Below, in pieces: positions 1 through 13,970 of a DNA stretch of 64,000 bases; within the stretch, counting starts at the first letter, position 1; the number at the start of each line of letters is the position of its first letter. The notes beneath the pieces are model-generated. The model ran no database searches and was not told the origin of the DNA. It saw only the letters and a list, made by a program, of their open reading frames with translations. Origin of the DNA: Squalus acanthias (lineage: Eukaryota). The translations under genes were made by a program, and so were the position numbers. The stretch lies in the NCBI GenBank assembly GCA_030390025.1, contig JASTWF010000499.1, forward strand, positions 1 to 64,000, in the 5' to 3' direction.

Positions 1-658
1 TTACTGCACTAGCTCCAGTCTCTGTTTATATTCCAATCGACCCTGCATCAGTTATTACTGCACTAGACCCTGGCTCTGTTTATATTACACTAGACACTGT
101 CTCTGTTTATATTACTCTAGACCATGTCTCTGCTTATATTACACTAGACCCTGTCTCTGTTTATATTACACTAGACCCTGTTTGTGTTTATATTACACAA
201 GACACTTTTTCTGTTCATATTACACTTGGCCCTGTCTCTGTTTAAGTAACACTAGACCCTGTCTCTGTTTATATTACACTAGATCCTGTCTCAGTTTATA
301 TTCCACTAGGCCCTGTCTCTGTTTATATTACACTAGGCCCTGCCTCTGTTTATATTACACTAGACTCTGTCTCTCTTTATATTACACTATACCCTGTCTC
401 TGTTTATATTACACTAGACCCTGTCTCTGTTTATATTACACTAGACCATGTCTCTGTTTATATTACACTAGATCCTGTCTCTGTTTATATTACACTAGAC
501 TCTGTCTCTGTGTATATTACACTAGACCCTGTCTCTGTTTATATTACACTAGACCCTGTCTCTGTTTATATTACACTAGACACTGTCTCTGTTTATATTA
601 CTCTAGACTCTGTCTCTGTTTAAGTAACACTAGACCCTGTCTCTGTTTATATTACACT

Positions 659-1021
659 AATGAGAAGTCGCACAACACCAGGTTATAGTCCAACAGATTT
701 ATTTAATTTTACAAGCTTTCGGAGCTGTCGCTCCTTCGTCAGGTAAGTTAGCAATGAGAGAATCTCCCAGAATTCACAATTTAAACCCAGATAAAATCTA
801 TTCACATTATTCGCTACAACAAAGAGCACAGCCAAGACAATGAGATGTGTCCCAGGGGGTCCAACGTGTCAAACCACCTGCTGGCTGCATATCCTGTCAA
901 TTTGTGTTCTTGTGTTAGCCTTTTTTTTCAAAAAACCACAAAAAAAAAACCAAAAAAAACACCTTGGAAGACCGGCCATGATGTCAAGTCACGTTCTGTA
1001 TCGTGACATGAACCCGATAAT
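659..1021 (-). mobile_element. Penelope-like element solo 3' pseudo-LTR fragment
   Basis: Matches the 3' UTR and last codons (FMSRY) of the PLEs at 25567-29106 and 16261-19206; ends at the same AATGAG boundary; carries a hammerhead motif. Confidence 0.9.
709..746 (-). ncRNA. Minimal type I hammerhead ribozyme motif (PLE pLTR)
   Basis: Minus strand: ttac-CTGACGA-a-ggagc gaca gctcc-GAAA-gc-TT-gtaa. Confidence 0.75.
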
Positions 1022-4000
1022 GTCACTAGACACTGTCTCTGTTTATATTACACAAGACCCTGTCTCTGCTTATATTACACTAGACCCTGTCTCTGTTTAT
1101 ATTACACTAGACCCTGTTTCTGTTTATATTACACTAGACCCTGTCTCTCTTTATATTGTACTAGACTCTGTCTCTGTTTATATTACACTAGGCCCTGTCT
1201 CTGCTTATATTACACTAGACCCTGTCTCTGTTTATATTACACTAGATCATGTCTCTGTTTATATTACACTAGATCCTGTCTCTGTTTATATTACACTAGA
1301 CACTGTCTCTGTTTATATTACACTCGCCACTGTCTCTGTTTATATTATACTAGACCCTGTCTCTGTTTATATTACACTAGACCCTGTCTCTGTTTATATT
1401 ACACTAGACCCAGTCTCTGTTTATATTACACTAGATCCTGTCTCTGTTTATATTACACTAGACACTGTCTCTGTTTAAATTACACTAGACACTGTCTCTG
1501 TTTATATTACACTCGCCACTGTCTCTCTTTATATTAAACTAGACCCTGTCTCTGTTTATATTACACTAGACTCTGTCTCTATTTATATTACACTAGACCC
1601 TGTCTCTGTTTATATTTCACCAGACCCTGTCTCTGTTTATATTACACTAGACCCTGTCTCTGTTTATATTACACTCGGCCCTGTCTCTGTTTATATTACG
1701 CTAGCCACTGTCTCTGTTTATATTATACTAGACCCTGTCTCTGTTTATATTACACTAGACTCTGTCTCTGTTTATATTTCACTAGACCCTGTCTCTGTTT
1801 ATATTACACTAGACCCTGTCTGTGTTTATATTACACTAGACCATGTCTCTGTTTATATTTCACTAGACACTGTGTCTGTTTATATTACACTGGACCATGT
1901 CTCTGTTTTTATTACACTAGACCCTGTCTCTGTTTATATTACACTCGGCCCTGTCTCTGTTTATATTACACTAGCCACTGTCTCTGTTTATATTATACTA
2001 GACCCTGTCTCTGTTTACATTACACTAGACCCTGTATCTGTTTATATTACACTAGACCCTGTCTCTGTTTATATTACACTAGATCCTGTCTCTGTTTATA
2101 TTACACTAGACCCTGTCTCTGTTTATATTACACTAGACCCTGTCTCTGTTTATATTACATTAGACCCTGTCTCTGTTTATATTACACTAGACCATGTCTC
2201 TGTTTATATTTCACAAGACCCTGTCTCTGTTTATATTACACTAGAACCTTTCTCTGTTCATATTACACTAGGCCCTGTCTCTGTTTATATTGCACTAGAC
2301 CCTGTCTCTGTTTATATTACACTAGACCATGTCTCTGTTTATATTACACTAGACCCTGTCTCTGTTTATATTACACTAGACTCTGTCTCTGTTTATATTA
2401 CACTAGTTCCTGTCTCTGTTTATATTACACTAGACACTGTCTCTGTTTATATTACACTAGACCCTGTCTCTGTTTATATTACACTAGATCCTGTCTCTGT
2501 TTATATTAAACTAGACCCTGTCCCTGCTTATATTACACTAGACCGTTTCTCTGTTCATATTACACTTGTCCCTGTTGCTGTTTATATTACACAAGACCCT
2601 GTCTCTGTTGATATTACACTAGATTCTGTCTCAGTTTATATTCCACTCGACCCTGCATCAGTTATTACTGCACTATGCCCTGTCCCTGTTTATATTACAC
2701 TAGAGTCTGTCTCTGTTTACATTATACTCGGCCCTGTCTCTGTTTATATTACACTAGACCTTGTCCCTGTTTATATTACACCAGACACTGTCTCTGTTCA
2801 TATTGCACTGGACCCTGTCTCTGTTTATGTCACACTAGACCCGGCATCAGTTATTACTGCACTCGATCCTGTCTCTGTTTATATTACACTAGACGCTCTC
2901 TCTGTTTAGATTACACTGGACCATGTCTCAGTTTATATTTCACTGGACCCTGTCTCAGTTATTACTGCACTAGCTCCAGTCTCTGTTTATATTCCAATCG
3001 ACCCTGCATCAGTTATTACTGCACTAGACCCTGTCTCTGTTTATGTTACACTAGACCTTGTCTTTCTTTATATTACACTAGGCCCTGCCTCTGTTTATAT
3101 TACACTAGACCCTTTCTCTGTTTATATTACACTAGGCCCTGTCTCTGTTTATATTACACTAGACCCTGTCTCTGTTTATATTACACTAGGTCCTGTCTCT
3201 GTTTATATTACACTAGACCCTGTCTCTGTTTATATTGCACGAGACCCTGTCTCTGTTTATATTACACTAGACCCTGTCTCTTTTTATATTGTACTAGACT
3301 CTGTCTCTGTTTATATTACACTAGGCCCTTTCTCTGCTTATATTACACTAGGCCCTGTCTCTGTTTATATTACACTATATCATGTCTCTGTTTATATTAC
3401 ACTAGACACTGTCTCTGTTTATATTACACTAGCCACTGTCTCTGTTTATATTTACTAGACCCTGTCTCTGTTTATATTACACTAGACTCTGTCTCTATTT
3501 ATATTACACTAGACCCTGTCTCCGTTTATATTACACTAGACCCTGTCTCTGTATATATTTCACTAGACCATGTCTCTGGTTATATTTCACTAGACCCTGT
3601 CTCTGTTAATATTACACTAGATCCTGTCTCTCTTTACATTACACTAGACCCTGTCTCTATTTATATTACACTAGACCCTGTCTCTGTTTATATTACACTA
3701 GATCCTGTCTGTGTTTATATTACACTAGACCATGTCTCTGTTTATATTTCACTGGACACTGTGTCTGTTTATATTACACTGGACCATGTCTCCGCTTATA
3801 TTACACTAGACATTGTCTCTGTTTATATTACACTAGACCCTGTTTCTGTTTATATTACACAAGACACTTTTTCTGTTCATATTACACATGGCCCTGTCTC
3901 TGTTCATATTACACTAGACCCTGTCTCCGTTTATATTACAATGGACCCTGTCTCTGTTTATATTACACTAGGCTCTGTCTCTGTTTATATTACACTAGGT

Positions 4001-5206
4001 CCTGTCTCTGTTTATATTACACTAGAACCTGTCTGTGTTTATATTACACGAGACCCTGTCTCTCTTTATATTACAATAAAACCTGTCTCTGTTTATATTA
4101 CACTAGACCCTTTCTCTGTTTATATTCCACTAGGCCCTGTCTCTGTTTATATAACACTAGGCCCTGCCTCTGCTTATATTACACTAGACCCTGTCTCTGT
4201 TTATATTACACTAGACCCTGTCTCTGTTTATATTACACTAGACCCTGTCTCTGTTTATATTACACTAGACTCTGTCTCTGTTTATAGTACACTAGACCCT
4301 GTCTCTGTTTATATTACACTAGACACTGTCTCTGTTTATATTACACTAGACCCTGTCTCTGCTTATATTACACTAGACCCTGTCTCTGTTTATATTACAC
4401 TAGACCCTGTCTCTGTTTATATTACACTAGACCCTGTCTCTGTTTATATTACACTAGACACTGTCTCTGTTATATTACACTAGACCCTGTCTCTGTTTAT
4501 ATTACACTAGACCCTGTCTCTCTTTATATTGTACTAGACTCTGTCTCTGTTTATATTACACTAGGCCCTGTCTCTGTTTATATTACACTAGTCCTGTCTC
4601 TGTTTATATTACACTAGACCCTGTCTGTGTTTATATTACACGAGACCCTGTCTCTCTCTATATTACAATAGACTCTGTCTCTGTTTATATTACACTAGAC
4701 CCTTTCTCTGTTTATATTACACTAGACCCTGTCTCTGTTTATATTGCTCTAGTTCCTGTCTCTGTTTATATTACACAATAGATCCTGTCTCTGTTTATAT
4801 TACACTAGACCCTGTCTCTGTTTATATTACACTAGATCCTGTCTCCATTTATATTACACTGGACCATGTCTCAGTTTTTGTCGCACTAGACCCGGCATCA
4901 GTTATTACTGCACTCGACCCTGTCTCTGTTTATATTACACTAGACGCTCTCTCTGTTTATATTACACTGGACCATGTCTCAGTTTATATTTCACTGGACC
5001 CTGTCTCAGTTATTACTGCTCTAGCTCCTGTCTCTGTTTATATTCCACTCGACCCTGCATCAGTTATTACTGCACTAGACCCTGTCTCTGTTTATATTAC
5101 ACTAGACCCTGTCTCTGTTTATATTACACTAGATCCTATCTCTGTTTATATTACACTAGACCTTGTCTCTCTTTATATTACACTAGGCCCTGCCTCTGTT
5201 TATATT

Positions 5207-5424
5207 GATGATGTAGAGATGCCGGTGTTGGACTGGGGTGTACAAATGTGAGAAGTCGCACAACACCAGGTTTTACTCCAACAGCTTTATTTGAAATCAC
5301 AAGATTTCGGAGCGCTGCTCCTTCGTCAGGTGAAGTCCACATGGCGAAGGAGCAGCCCTCCGAAAGCTTGTGATTTCAAATAAAGCTATTGGACTATAAC
5401 CTGGTGTTGTGCGATTTCTCGCAT
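5207..5424. mobile_element. Miniature inverted (hairpin) Penelope element made of two head-to-head pLTR ends
   Basis: Tail GATGATGTAGAGATGCCGGTGTTGGACTGGGG, then a minus-strand pLTR end, then a plus-strand pLTR end; flanked by repeated CTGTTTATATT. Confidence 0.85.
5297..5333 (-). ncRNA. Minimal hammerhead ribozyme motif (with a degenerate plus-strand partner at 5338-5373)
   Basis: Minus strand: tcac-CTGACGA-a-ggagc agc gctcc-GAAA-tc-TT-gtga. Confidence 0.65.
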
Positions 5425-8400
5425 CTGTTTATATTACACGAGATCATGTCTCAGTTATCACTGCACTCGTCCAACTCTGGGGCAAACTCTGTGTTAAAGT
5501 TTACTAATTCACACTTGTATTGTTCTGTGCCAATTGATCGCAGTTTTTAATGTTAAGGATTCTTTTTCCTGCAGTATTTTCTATTGAGCTTTCACGTCAC
5601 CCACTGATTGTGCAACAGAGCCTGGAACCGTGACCTCACAGCACCGCCCGATGGGCGGCCGCGGGGTCCTAATGTCCACCGAGTTCACTAACTCACATCT
5701 GGTTAAGAGGAAGAACTGAAAAGAGCGTAGAGAATGTGTTTGTTTTTTATATGTGTGTGTGTGTAATTGCCTTAATTTTTGCAAGTGCATTCTACAAAGA
5801 TAAATGATTATCTTCAGCAGTTATTTTTCAGCATTTTCTTTTCTTTTATTCAAAATGAATTTGCAGATGGTTTAATATCTTTAACATTTATTGATAACCC
5901 ATTCTCTGAGTGCTCTTGGTTGCACAGCGATGTCACACTGACCATTTCGTTACCAAGGCGAGCCTGTGTGTCTGTAGTATTCAGTTGGGAAGGAAATTAA
6001 ATCAGAGCGAGCAGCTGCCCAGCAGTCTCTGCGCTTTATTGTCAAGTGATCACCTCAGCATCACACAGAATCTCCTGATATACACCTCGAGTATGTGATG
6101 ATTGCCGTAAGAAATGTTAAAAATTAAAATCTACATATACCTGATATCGCTGTATACTGTCCCATCATACACATCCAGGGCTGGTACAGCCCGGGAGAGA
6201 TACTGAATAAATCTCCCTCTATACTGGCTCATCAAACACACCCAGGGCAGTTACAGCTCGGTTTAGATACAGTGTAAAGCTCCCTCTACACAGTCCCATA
6301 AAACAATCCGAGGGCAGGTACAGCAGGGGTTTGATACAGAGGAAAGCTACCTCTACCCTGCCCCATAAAACCCTCCCAGGGCAGGACCAGTACAGGTTAG
6401 AGACAGAGTAAAGCACTCTCGACACTGGCTCATCAAACACTCCCAGGGCAAGTGAAGCCCTATAAGGTACAAAGTAAATCTGCCTCTGCACTGTCCCATC
6501 AAACAATCCCAGGGCAGGTACTGCACGGGTTAGATACAGAGTAAAGCTCCCTCTACACTGTCCCATCAAACACTCCCAGAGCAGGTACAGTACGAGTTAA
6601 ATACAGAATAAATCTCCCTCTGCAATGTCCCATCAAAAACACCCAGAGCAGGTACAGTACGAGTTAGATACAGAATAAAACTCACTCTACACTGTCCCAT
6701 CACTCACACCCAGGGCAGGTACTGTACGAGTTAGATACAGAATAAAACTCCCTCTACACTCTCCCCTCAAACACTCACAGGACAGGAGCTGTACGAGTTA
6801 GATACAGAATAAAACTCCCTCTACACTCTCCCCTCAAACACTCACAGGACAGGTAAAACACGGGTTAGGTACAGAGTAAAGCTCCTTCTACCATGTCCCA
6901 TCAAACACACCCAGTTCAAGTACAGTACAGATTAGAGACAGATTAATGCTCCCTCTGCACTCTCCCATCAATACACCCAGGACAGGTACAGCACAGGATA
7001 CATGTAAGTAAAGCTCCCTCTGCAATGTCCCATCAAACACTCCCAGGGCAGGTACAGCACGGTAAAGATTCAGAGTAAAGCTAGCTCTACACTGTCCCGT
7101 CAAACATTCCCAGGCCGGCACAGTACGGGTTAGAAATAGGGTGAAGCTCCCGCTACACTGTCCCATGAAACGTTCCCAGGGCAGGTATACCACAGGTTGG
7201 ATACAGAGTAAAGCTCCTTCTACACTGTCCCACAAACACTCCCAGGGCAGGTGCAGTACATGTTAGATACCGATTAAAGCTCCCTCTACACTGTCCCATC
7301 AAATACTCCCAGGGCAGGTACAGCACGGGTTAGATACAGAGTAAAGCTCCCGCTACACTGTCCCATCAAAATTATCTAGGCAGCTACAGCACGAGTTAGA
7401 TACAGAGTAAAGCACCCTCTACACTGTCCCATCAAACACTCCCAGAGCAGGTAAAGCACGTTAGACACACAGGAAAGCTCACTCTACACTGACCCATCAA
7501 ACACTCCCAGGTCAGGTACAGCTCACGTTAGATACAGAGTTCAGCTCCCTCTACACTGTCCCATCAAACACTCACAGGGCAGGTACAGCTCACGTTAGAT
7601 ACAGAGTAAAGCTCCCTCCGCACTGTCCCATCAAACACTCCCAGAGCAGGTACAGCACGGGTTACAAACAGAGTAAAGCTCCCTCTACACTTTCGCATAA
7701 AACGCTCCCAGACCAGGTACAGCACGGGTTAGAAACAGAGTAAAGCTCCCTCTACACTGACCCATCAAACAGTCCCAGGGCAGGTACAGTGGTGTACCTG
7801 CCTGGGAGTGTTTGATGGGACAGTGTAGAGGGAGTTTCTTTCTGTCTAATCCGTGCTGTACCTGCCCTGGGAGTGTTTGATGGGACAGTGTAGAGGGAGC
7901 TTTACTCTGGATCTAACGCGTGCTGTGCCTGCCCTGGGAGTGTTTGAAGGGACAGTGTAGAGGGAGCTTTACTCTGGATCTAACCCGTGCTGTAGCTGCC
8001 CTGGGAGTGTTTGATGGGACAGTGTTGAGGGAGCTTTATGCTTTATCTAACCCGTTCTGCACCTGCTCTGAGAGTGTTTCATGGGACAGTGTCGCGGGAG
8101 CATTGCTCTGTATCTAACCCTTGCTGTAGCTGTGCTGGGACTGTTTGTTGGGACATTGTAGAGGGAACTTTACTCTGTATCTAACCTGTGCTATACCTGC
8201 CCTGGCTGTGTTTGATCGGACAGTGTAGACGGAGCTTTACCTTATTTCTAACCATTACTGTGCCTGCCCTGGGAATGGTTGTCGGGACAGTGTAGAGGAA
8301 GCTTTACTCAGTATCTAACCAGTGCTGCATCTGCCCTGGGAGTGTTTGATGCGACAGTGTTTAGCGATATTTACCGTGTATCTAACCCGTATTTTACCTG

Positions 8401-9764
8401 CACTAGAAATGTTTGACAGACAAGTGTAGCTGGTGCTATGTTCTATATCTAACCTGGGCTGTACCAGCTCTGGGAGTATTTGATGGGAGAGTGTAGAGGG
8501 AGCATTACTCCGTATCTAACCCGTGCTGTACCTGCCCTGGGAGTATTTGATGGGACAGTGTAGAAATAGCTTTACTCTGTATCTAACCCGTGCTGTACCT
8601 GCCCTGGGGGTTTTTGATGGGACAGTGTAGAAATAGCTTTACTTATATGTAACCTGTGCTGTACCTGTCCTGGGTGTATTGATGGGAAACTGCAGAGAGA
8701 GTTTTATTCTGTATCTAATCTGTACTGTACTTGCCCTGGGAGTGTTTGCTGGGATATTTTTGAAAGAGCTTTACTCTATATCTAACCCGTGCTGTACCTG
8801 TCCTGGGAGTGTTTGATGGAACAGTGTAGAGGGAGCTTTACTCTGTATTTAACCCGTGCTGTACCTGCCATGGGAACGTTTCATGGGAGAGTGTCGAGGG
8901 AGCTTTACTCTATATCTAACCCGTGCTGTACCTGCCCTGGGAGTGTTTGATGGGAGAGTGTAGAGGGAGCTTTACTCTGTATCTAACCCGTGCTGTACTT
9001 GCCCTGGGAGTGTTTGATGGGAGAGTGTAGAGGGAGCTTTACTCTGTATCGAACACGAGCTGTACCTACACTGTCCCGTCAAACATTCCCAGGGCAGGTA
9101 CAGCATGGGTTAGAAATAGGGTAAAGCTCCGCTACACTGTCCCATCAAACACTCCCAGGGCAGGTCCATCACGGGTTAGATACAGAGGAAAACTCGCTCT
9201 ACACTGTCCCATCAAACATTCCCAGGACAGGTACAGCACGGGTAAGATACAGAGTAAAGCTGGCTCTACACTGTCCCATCAAACATTCCCAGGACAGGTA
9301 CAGCACGGGTTAGATACAGAGTAAAACTCGCTCTACACTGTCCCATCAAACACTCCCAGGGCAGGTACAGCCGGGTTAGATACAGAGTAAAACTCGCTCT
9401 ACACTGTCCCATCAAACACTCCCAGGACAGGTACAGCACGGGTTAGATACAGAGTAAAGCTCGTTCTACACTGTCCCATCAAACATTCCCAGGGCAGGCA
9501 CAGTACGGGTTCGAAATAAGGTAAAGCTACCTGTACACTATCCCGTCAAACGCTCCCAGGGCAGGTACAGCAGGGGTTAGATACAGAGTAAAGCTCCCTC
9601 GACACTCTCCCATGAAACGATCCCATGGCAGGTACAGCACAGGTTAGATACAGAGTAAAGCTCCCTCTACACTGTTCCATCAAACACTCCCAGGACAGGT
9701 ACAGCACGGGATACATGGAGAGTAAAGCTGACTGTACACTGTCCCATTAAACACTCCCAGGGCA

Positions 9765-11034
9765 TATAATGGAGGCCTGTAAAAATGTTACGGTAATAAT
9801 CATGGGTGATTTTAATATCCACATTGATTGAACAAATGAAATTGGCCATGGTAGCCTTGAGGAGGAGTTCATGGAGTGCATCCGGGATGGTTTCCTAGAA
9901 CAGTATGTAATGGAACCAACCAGGGAGCAGGCTATCTTGGATCTGGTACTGTGTAATGAGACAGAATTAATAAATGATCTCATAGTGAAGGATCCTCTCG
10001 GAAAGAGTGATGATAGCATGGTTGAATTTCAAATTCAGTTGGAGGTTGAGAAAGTTGTATCTCAAACCAGTGTCCTGATCTTAAACAAAGGCAATTATAA
10101 TGGCATGAGGGCAGAACTGACTAAAGTGGACTGGAAAAATAAATTAAAGGGTAAGACAGTTGAAATGCAGTAGCGGACATTTAAGGAGAAATTTCATAAC
10201 TCTCAACAAAAATATATTCCAGTGAGAAAGAAAGATGTTCAGAGAAGGGAGCACTATTCGTTGCTAACTAAGGAGGTAAAGGATGGTATCAAATTGAAAA
10301 CGAAGGCATACAATGTTGCCAAGATTGGTGGGAGACCAGAGGATCGGGAAATTTTTAAAAACCAGCAAAGGATGACTAAATAAATAATAAAGAGAGAGAA
10401 GATGAATTATGAGAGTAAACTGGCAAGAAACATTAAAACAGATAGTAAGAGCTTCAACAGGTATATAAAAAGGAAGAGCGTAGCTAAAATAAACTTTGGT
10501 CCCTTAGAGGATGAGACTGGGGAATTAATAATGGGGAACAGGGAAATGGCAGCGACTCTGAACAAATATTGTGTCTCTATCTTCACGGTAGAAGACACGA
10601 GCAACATCCCAATAATGGATAATCAAGGGGCTACAGGGAGGGGGGAACTAAAGACAATCACTATCACTAAGGAAAAAGTACTTGGTAAAATAATGGGACT
10701 AAAAGATGACAAGTCCCTAGAACTCGGGGGCATAAGTTTCAGAATAAAGGGTCGCCCTTTTAGAACTGAGATGAGGAGGAACTTCTTCTCTTAGAGGTTC
10801 GTAAATTTGTGGAATTCTCGGCCGCAGAGGGCTGTGGAGGCTGGGTCATTAAATACATTTAAGGTGGAGATAGACAAATTTTTGCAAGATAAGGGAGTGA
10901 AGGGTTATGGGTAGCGAGCGGGGAAGTGGCTTTGAGCCCAAGATCAGCCATGATCTTATTGAATGGCGGAGCAGGCTCGAGGGGCCAAGCGGCCTATTCC
11001 GGCTCCTATTTCAAAAGCTGTTATGTTCTTATGT
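9765..11034 (+). mobile_element. CR1-type LINE fragment (end of endonuclease + tether, internal deletion near 10720, then 3' end)
   Basis: ORFs 9871-10173 (EPTREQAILDLVL, LGKSDD) and 10402-10794; IMGDFN motif; in-frame stops; tail TTATGTTCTTATG. Confidence 0.9.
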
Positions 11035-12730
11035 AGGTACAGCACACGTTAGATAGAGAGTAAAGCTGTATCTAACACGTGCTGTAACATGCCTGGTAGT
11101 GTTTGATTGGATAGTGTAGAGGGAGATTTACTCTGTGTCTAACGTGTGCTGAACCTGCCCTGGGAGTGTTTGATGGGACAGTATGGAGGGAGCTTTAGTC
11201 TGTATCTAACCGTGCTGTAGCTGCCCTGGGAGTGTTTGATGGGAGAGTGAATAAGGAGTTTTATTCTGTTTCTAACCCGTGCTGTACCTGCCTTGGGAGT
11301 GTTTGATGGGACAGTGTAGCGGGAACTTTACCATATCTCTAACCAGTGCTGTGCCTGCCCTGGGAATGTTTGTCGGTATAGTGTAGAGGGAGCTTTTGTG
11401 CGTACCTAACTCGTCTTTTACCTGCCCCGGGAATGTTTGAAGGGATAGTGTAGAGGGAGTTTTACTTTGTATCTAACCCGTGCTGTACCAGCTCTAGGAG
11501 TGTTTGATGGGACAGTGTAGAGGGAGCGTTACTCTGTATCAAACAGGTGCTGTACCTGCACTGGCAGTATTTGATGGGACAGTGAAGAAGGAGCTTTACC
11601 CTATATCTGACCCGTACTGTGCCTGCCTTCGGAATGTTTGTCGGGACAGTGTAGATGGAGATATACTCTGTACCTAACCCGGCCTGTACCAGCTCTGGGA
11701 GTGTTTAATGGGACAGTGTAGAGGGAGCTTTACTCTATATTTAACCCGTGTTGCACCTGCCCTGGGAGTGTTTGATTGGACAGTGTAGAGGGAGCTTTAC
11801 TCTGTATCTAACCCATTCTGCACCTACCCTGGGAGTGTTTGATGTGACAGTGTAGAGGGAGCTTTATTCTGTATCTAACCAGTGCTGTACCTGCCCTGGG
11901 AGTGTTTGATGGGACAGTGTAGAGGGAGCTTCATTCTGTATCTAACTCGTACGGTACCTGCCCTGGGTGTGATTCATGGGACAGTGTAGAGCGAGTTTCC
12001 TTCTGTATCTAACTCGCACTGTATCTGCCCTGGGAGTGTTTGACAGGGCAGTGTAGAGGGAGGTTTACTCTGTTTCTCACCCATGCTGTACCTGTCCTGG
12101 GAGTGTTTGATCCGACAGTGTTGAGGGAGCTTTACGCTATGTGTAACCTTTGTTGTACCTGCCCTGGGAGTGTTTGATGGGAGAGTGTAGAGGGAGCCTT
12201 ACTCTGTATCTAACCCGTGCTGTACCTGCCCTGGGAGTGTTTGATGGGACATTGTAGAGGGAGCTTTACTCTGTATCTAACCCATTCTGCACTTACCCTG
12301 AGAGTATTTGATGGGACAGTGTAGAGAGAGCTTTACTATGTATCTAACCCGTGCTATACCTGCCCTGGAAATCTTTGACAGGACATTGTAGAGGGAGCAT
12401 TACTCCATATCTAACCCGTGCTGTACCTGCCCTGGGAGTGTTTGATGGGATAGACTAGGGGAAGCTTTACTGTGAATCTAACCCGTGCTGTAGCTACGTT
12501 GGGACTATTTGATGTGACATTGTGGAGGGAACTTTACTCTGTATGTAACCTGTGCTATACCTGCCCTGGGAGTGTTTGATGGGACAGTGTAGCGCGTGCT
12601 TTACACTGTATTTAACCCGTGCTGTACCGATCCTGGGATTACTTGATGGGACAGTGTCGAAGAGGTTTACTCTGAATCACACCCGTGCTGTTCCTGCACT
12701 TGAAATGTTTAATGTGACAGTGTAGCCGGA

Positions 12731-13970
12731 GTTAATTTATTTAACTATACTTATTTTATTAATGTGATGACTTTTTTTAAAATTTAATTGAGGTTTAGCT
12801 GTTCTTTTGGGGGGTTATAGTATTCATAGCTTTGACAGGACTTGCTGTCAAAACTATGAATGAAAGATGGTGTGCTGCCATTGGCTCTAACTGAATCACG
12901 TGATCCCAGAGCTCGCACGAACTAATTGCGTCTCTGGGTCACGCAAGCACTGCACAGCTGCAGCCTTCAATCTAAAGTTCGTGTGGGCCCGGAGGAAAAA
13001 GGTAGGCGCGGAGTGAGATTTTGCGGGGAAGCCTTACCCCCGCGTGAACACTCAGGGGGAAAAATTAGGTCGCGCCCCATTTGGGGCGCAAATATCGTCT
13101 GGACGCAAATATTAGCGCCTGCCGCTAATTATCGGCACTGACTGGAAACTTCACTTTTACCGCCCTGGGAGGTGAGTGGAGCACTAAATCAGGCGCTGCA
13201 CACCTGTCTTAAGGCGCAAAGGCCAAGGAGTGAGGCGCTAACTCAGAGCGCTGGCGAAGCTCATGTAATGTCAGTCAGCAATGGAACACACACACAATGG
13301 CACGGGCCAGTTCTTAAAGGGGATGGTTAATCTTGCTTTCCATCCACATCCTGTTCATTGCAGCCTTGAATCTCGGCCTGGAGAGACTTGCACATCAAAT
13401 GTGCTGGAAAGTACAATGGAGAGTACCAGGCAAAGAGCTCAGAGTGCAGCTCCCATAGTCTCTGCTAAATCGATACAAGGAATGGCAAATCAAAATGAAC
13501 CTGCAAAGTGCTGCTCAGTACCCAAAACTCCTTCACACAACGTTGAATCTCTCCAGAAGTCTCTCCCTCTCTCTCTCAGAATGCGCAGTTCAAAAATGCC
13601 ACCAACAATAAAAGACAGGAAGAGGCCCCCTTTAAATAGCGCCCCCCTCCAGCCCCACAGCGATTGATAGCGTTCCAGTCTTCTGGTCGTTGGATGCGCC
13701 AGGCGGTAAGGCAGGGGGCGCCACTCAATTTCCGCTCCGGGGCGCCACAAGGGCGTTGCACCAAGGAATGACGTCACAATCTGCGCGCGCAGGTGGTCGC
13801 AGCGGTAAAGTTTAGCGCCGCCGCACAATCTCTAGTTAAGTTCCCGAGCGGCGCAAACATCGCTGCGCCCGGGCGTTAGCGGCTTTGTGCCCCATTAGCG
13901 CCCTCTTAAGGCGCTAACGGGAGGCGCAACCAACTGAATTTTTACCCCTCAGTGTTTAATTTCTGGGCCC
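12731..13970 (-). mobile_element. Partial non-autonomous DNA transposon (MITE-like), same family as 44043-44806, carrying a nested element
   Basis: 12731-12870 is reverse-complement similar to 44255-44395; terminus AATTTCTGGGCC matches the GGCCCAGAAATT terminus. Confidence 0.7.
13055..13948. mobile_element. MITE-like element with GGGG(G/T)AAAAATT terminal inverted repeats and a 3-bp TCA target duplication (PIF/Harbinger-like)
   Basis: tca|GGGGGAAAAATTAGG ... CTGAATTTTTACCCC|tca; CpG-rich interior; superfamily inferred only from the 3-bp TSD and G-rich termini. Confidence 0.65.

Larger units (their letters stand above)
1..5470 (+). repeat. 27-bp tandem satellite (CTAGACCCTGTCTCTGTTTATATTACA, plus variant GACCCTGCATCAGTTATTACTGCACTA), interrupted by two Penelope terminal-repeat insertions
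   Basis: Unit read directly; explains the 9-aa periodic ORFs (TLDPVSVYI / TRPCLCLYY). Confidence 0.97.

Noticed and set aside
182-4483. Long Cys/Tyr-rich and Val/Thr-rich ORFs (up to 602 aa)
   Set aside because: Translations of a 27-bp satellite that is stop-free in two frames; no gene structure
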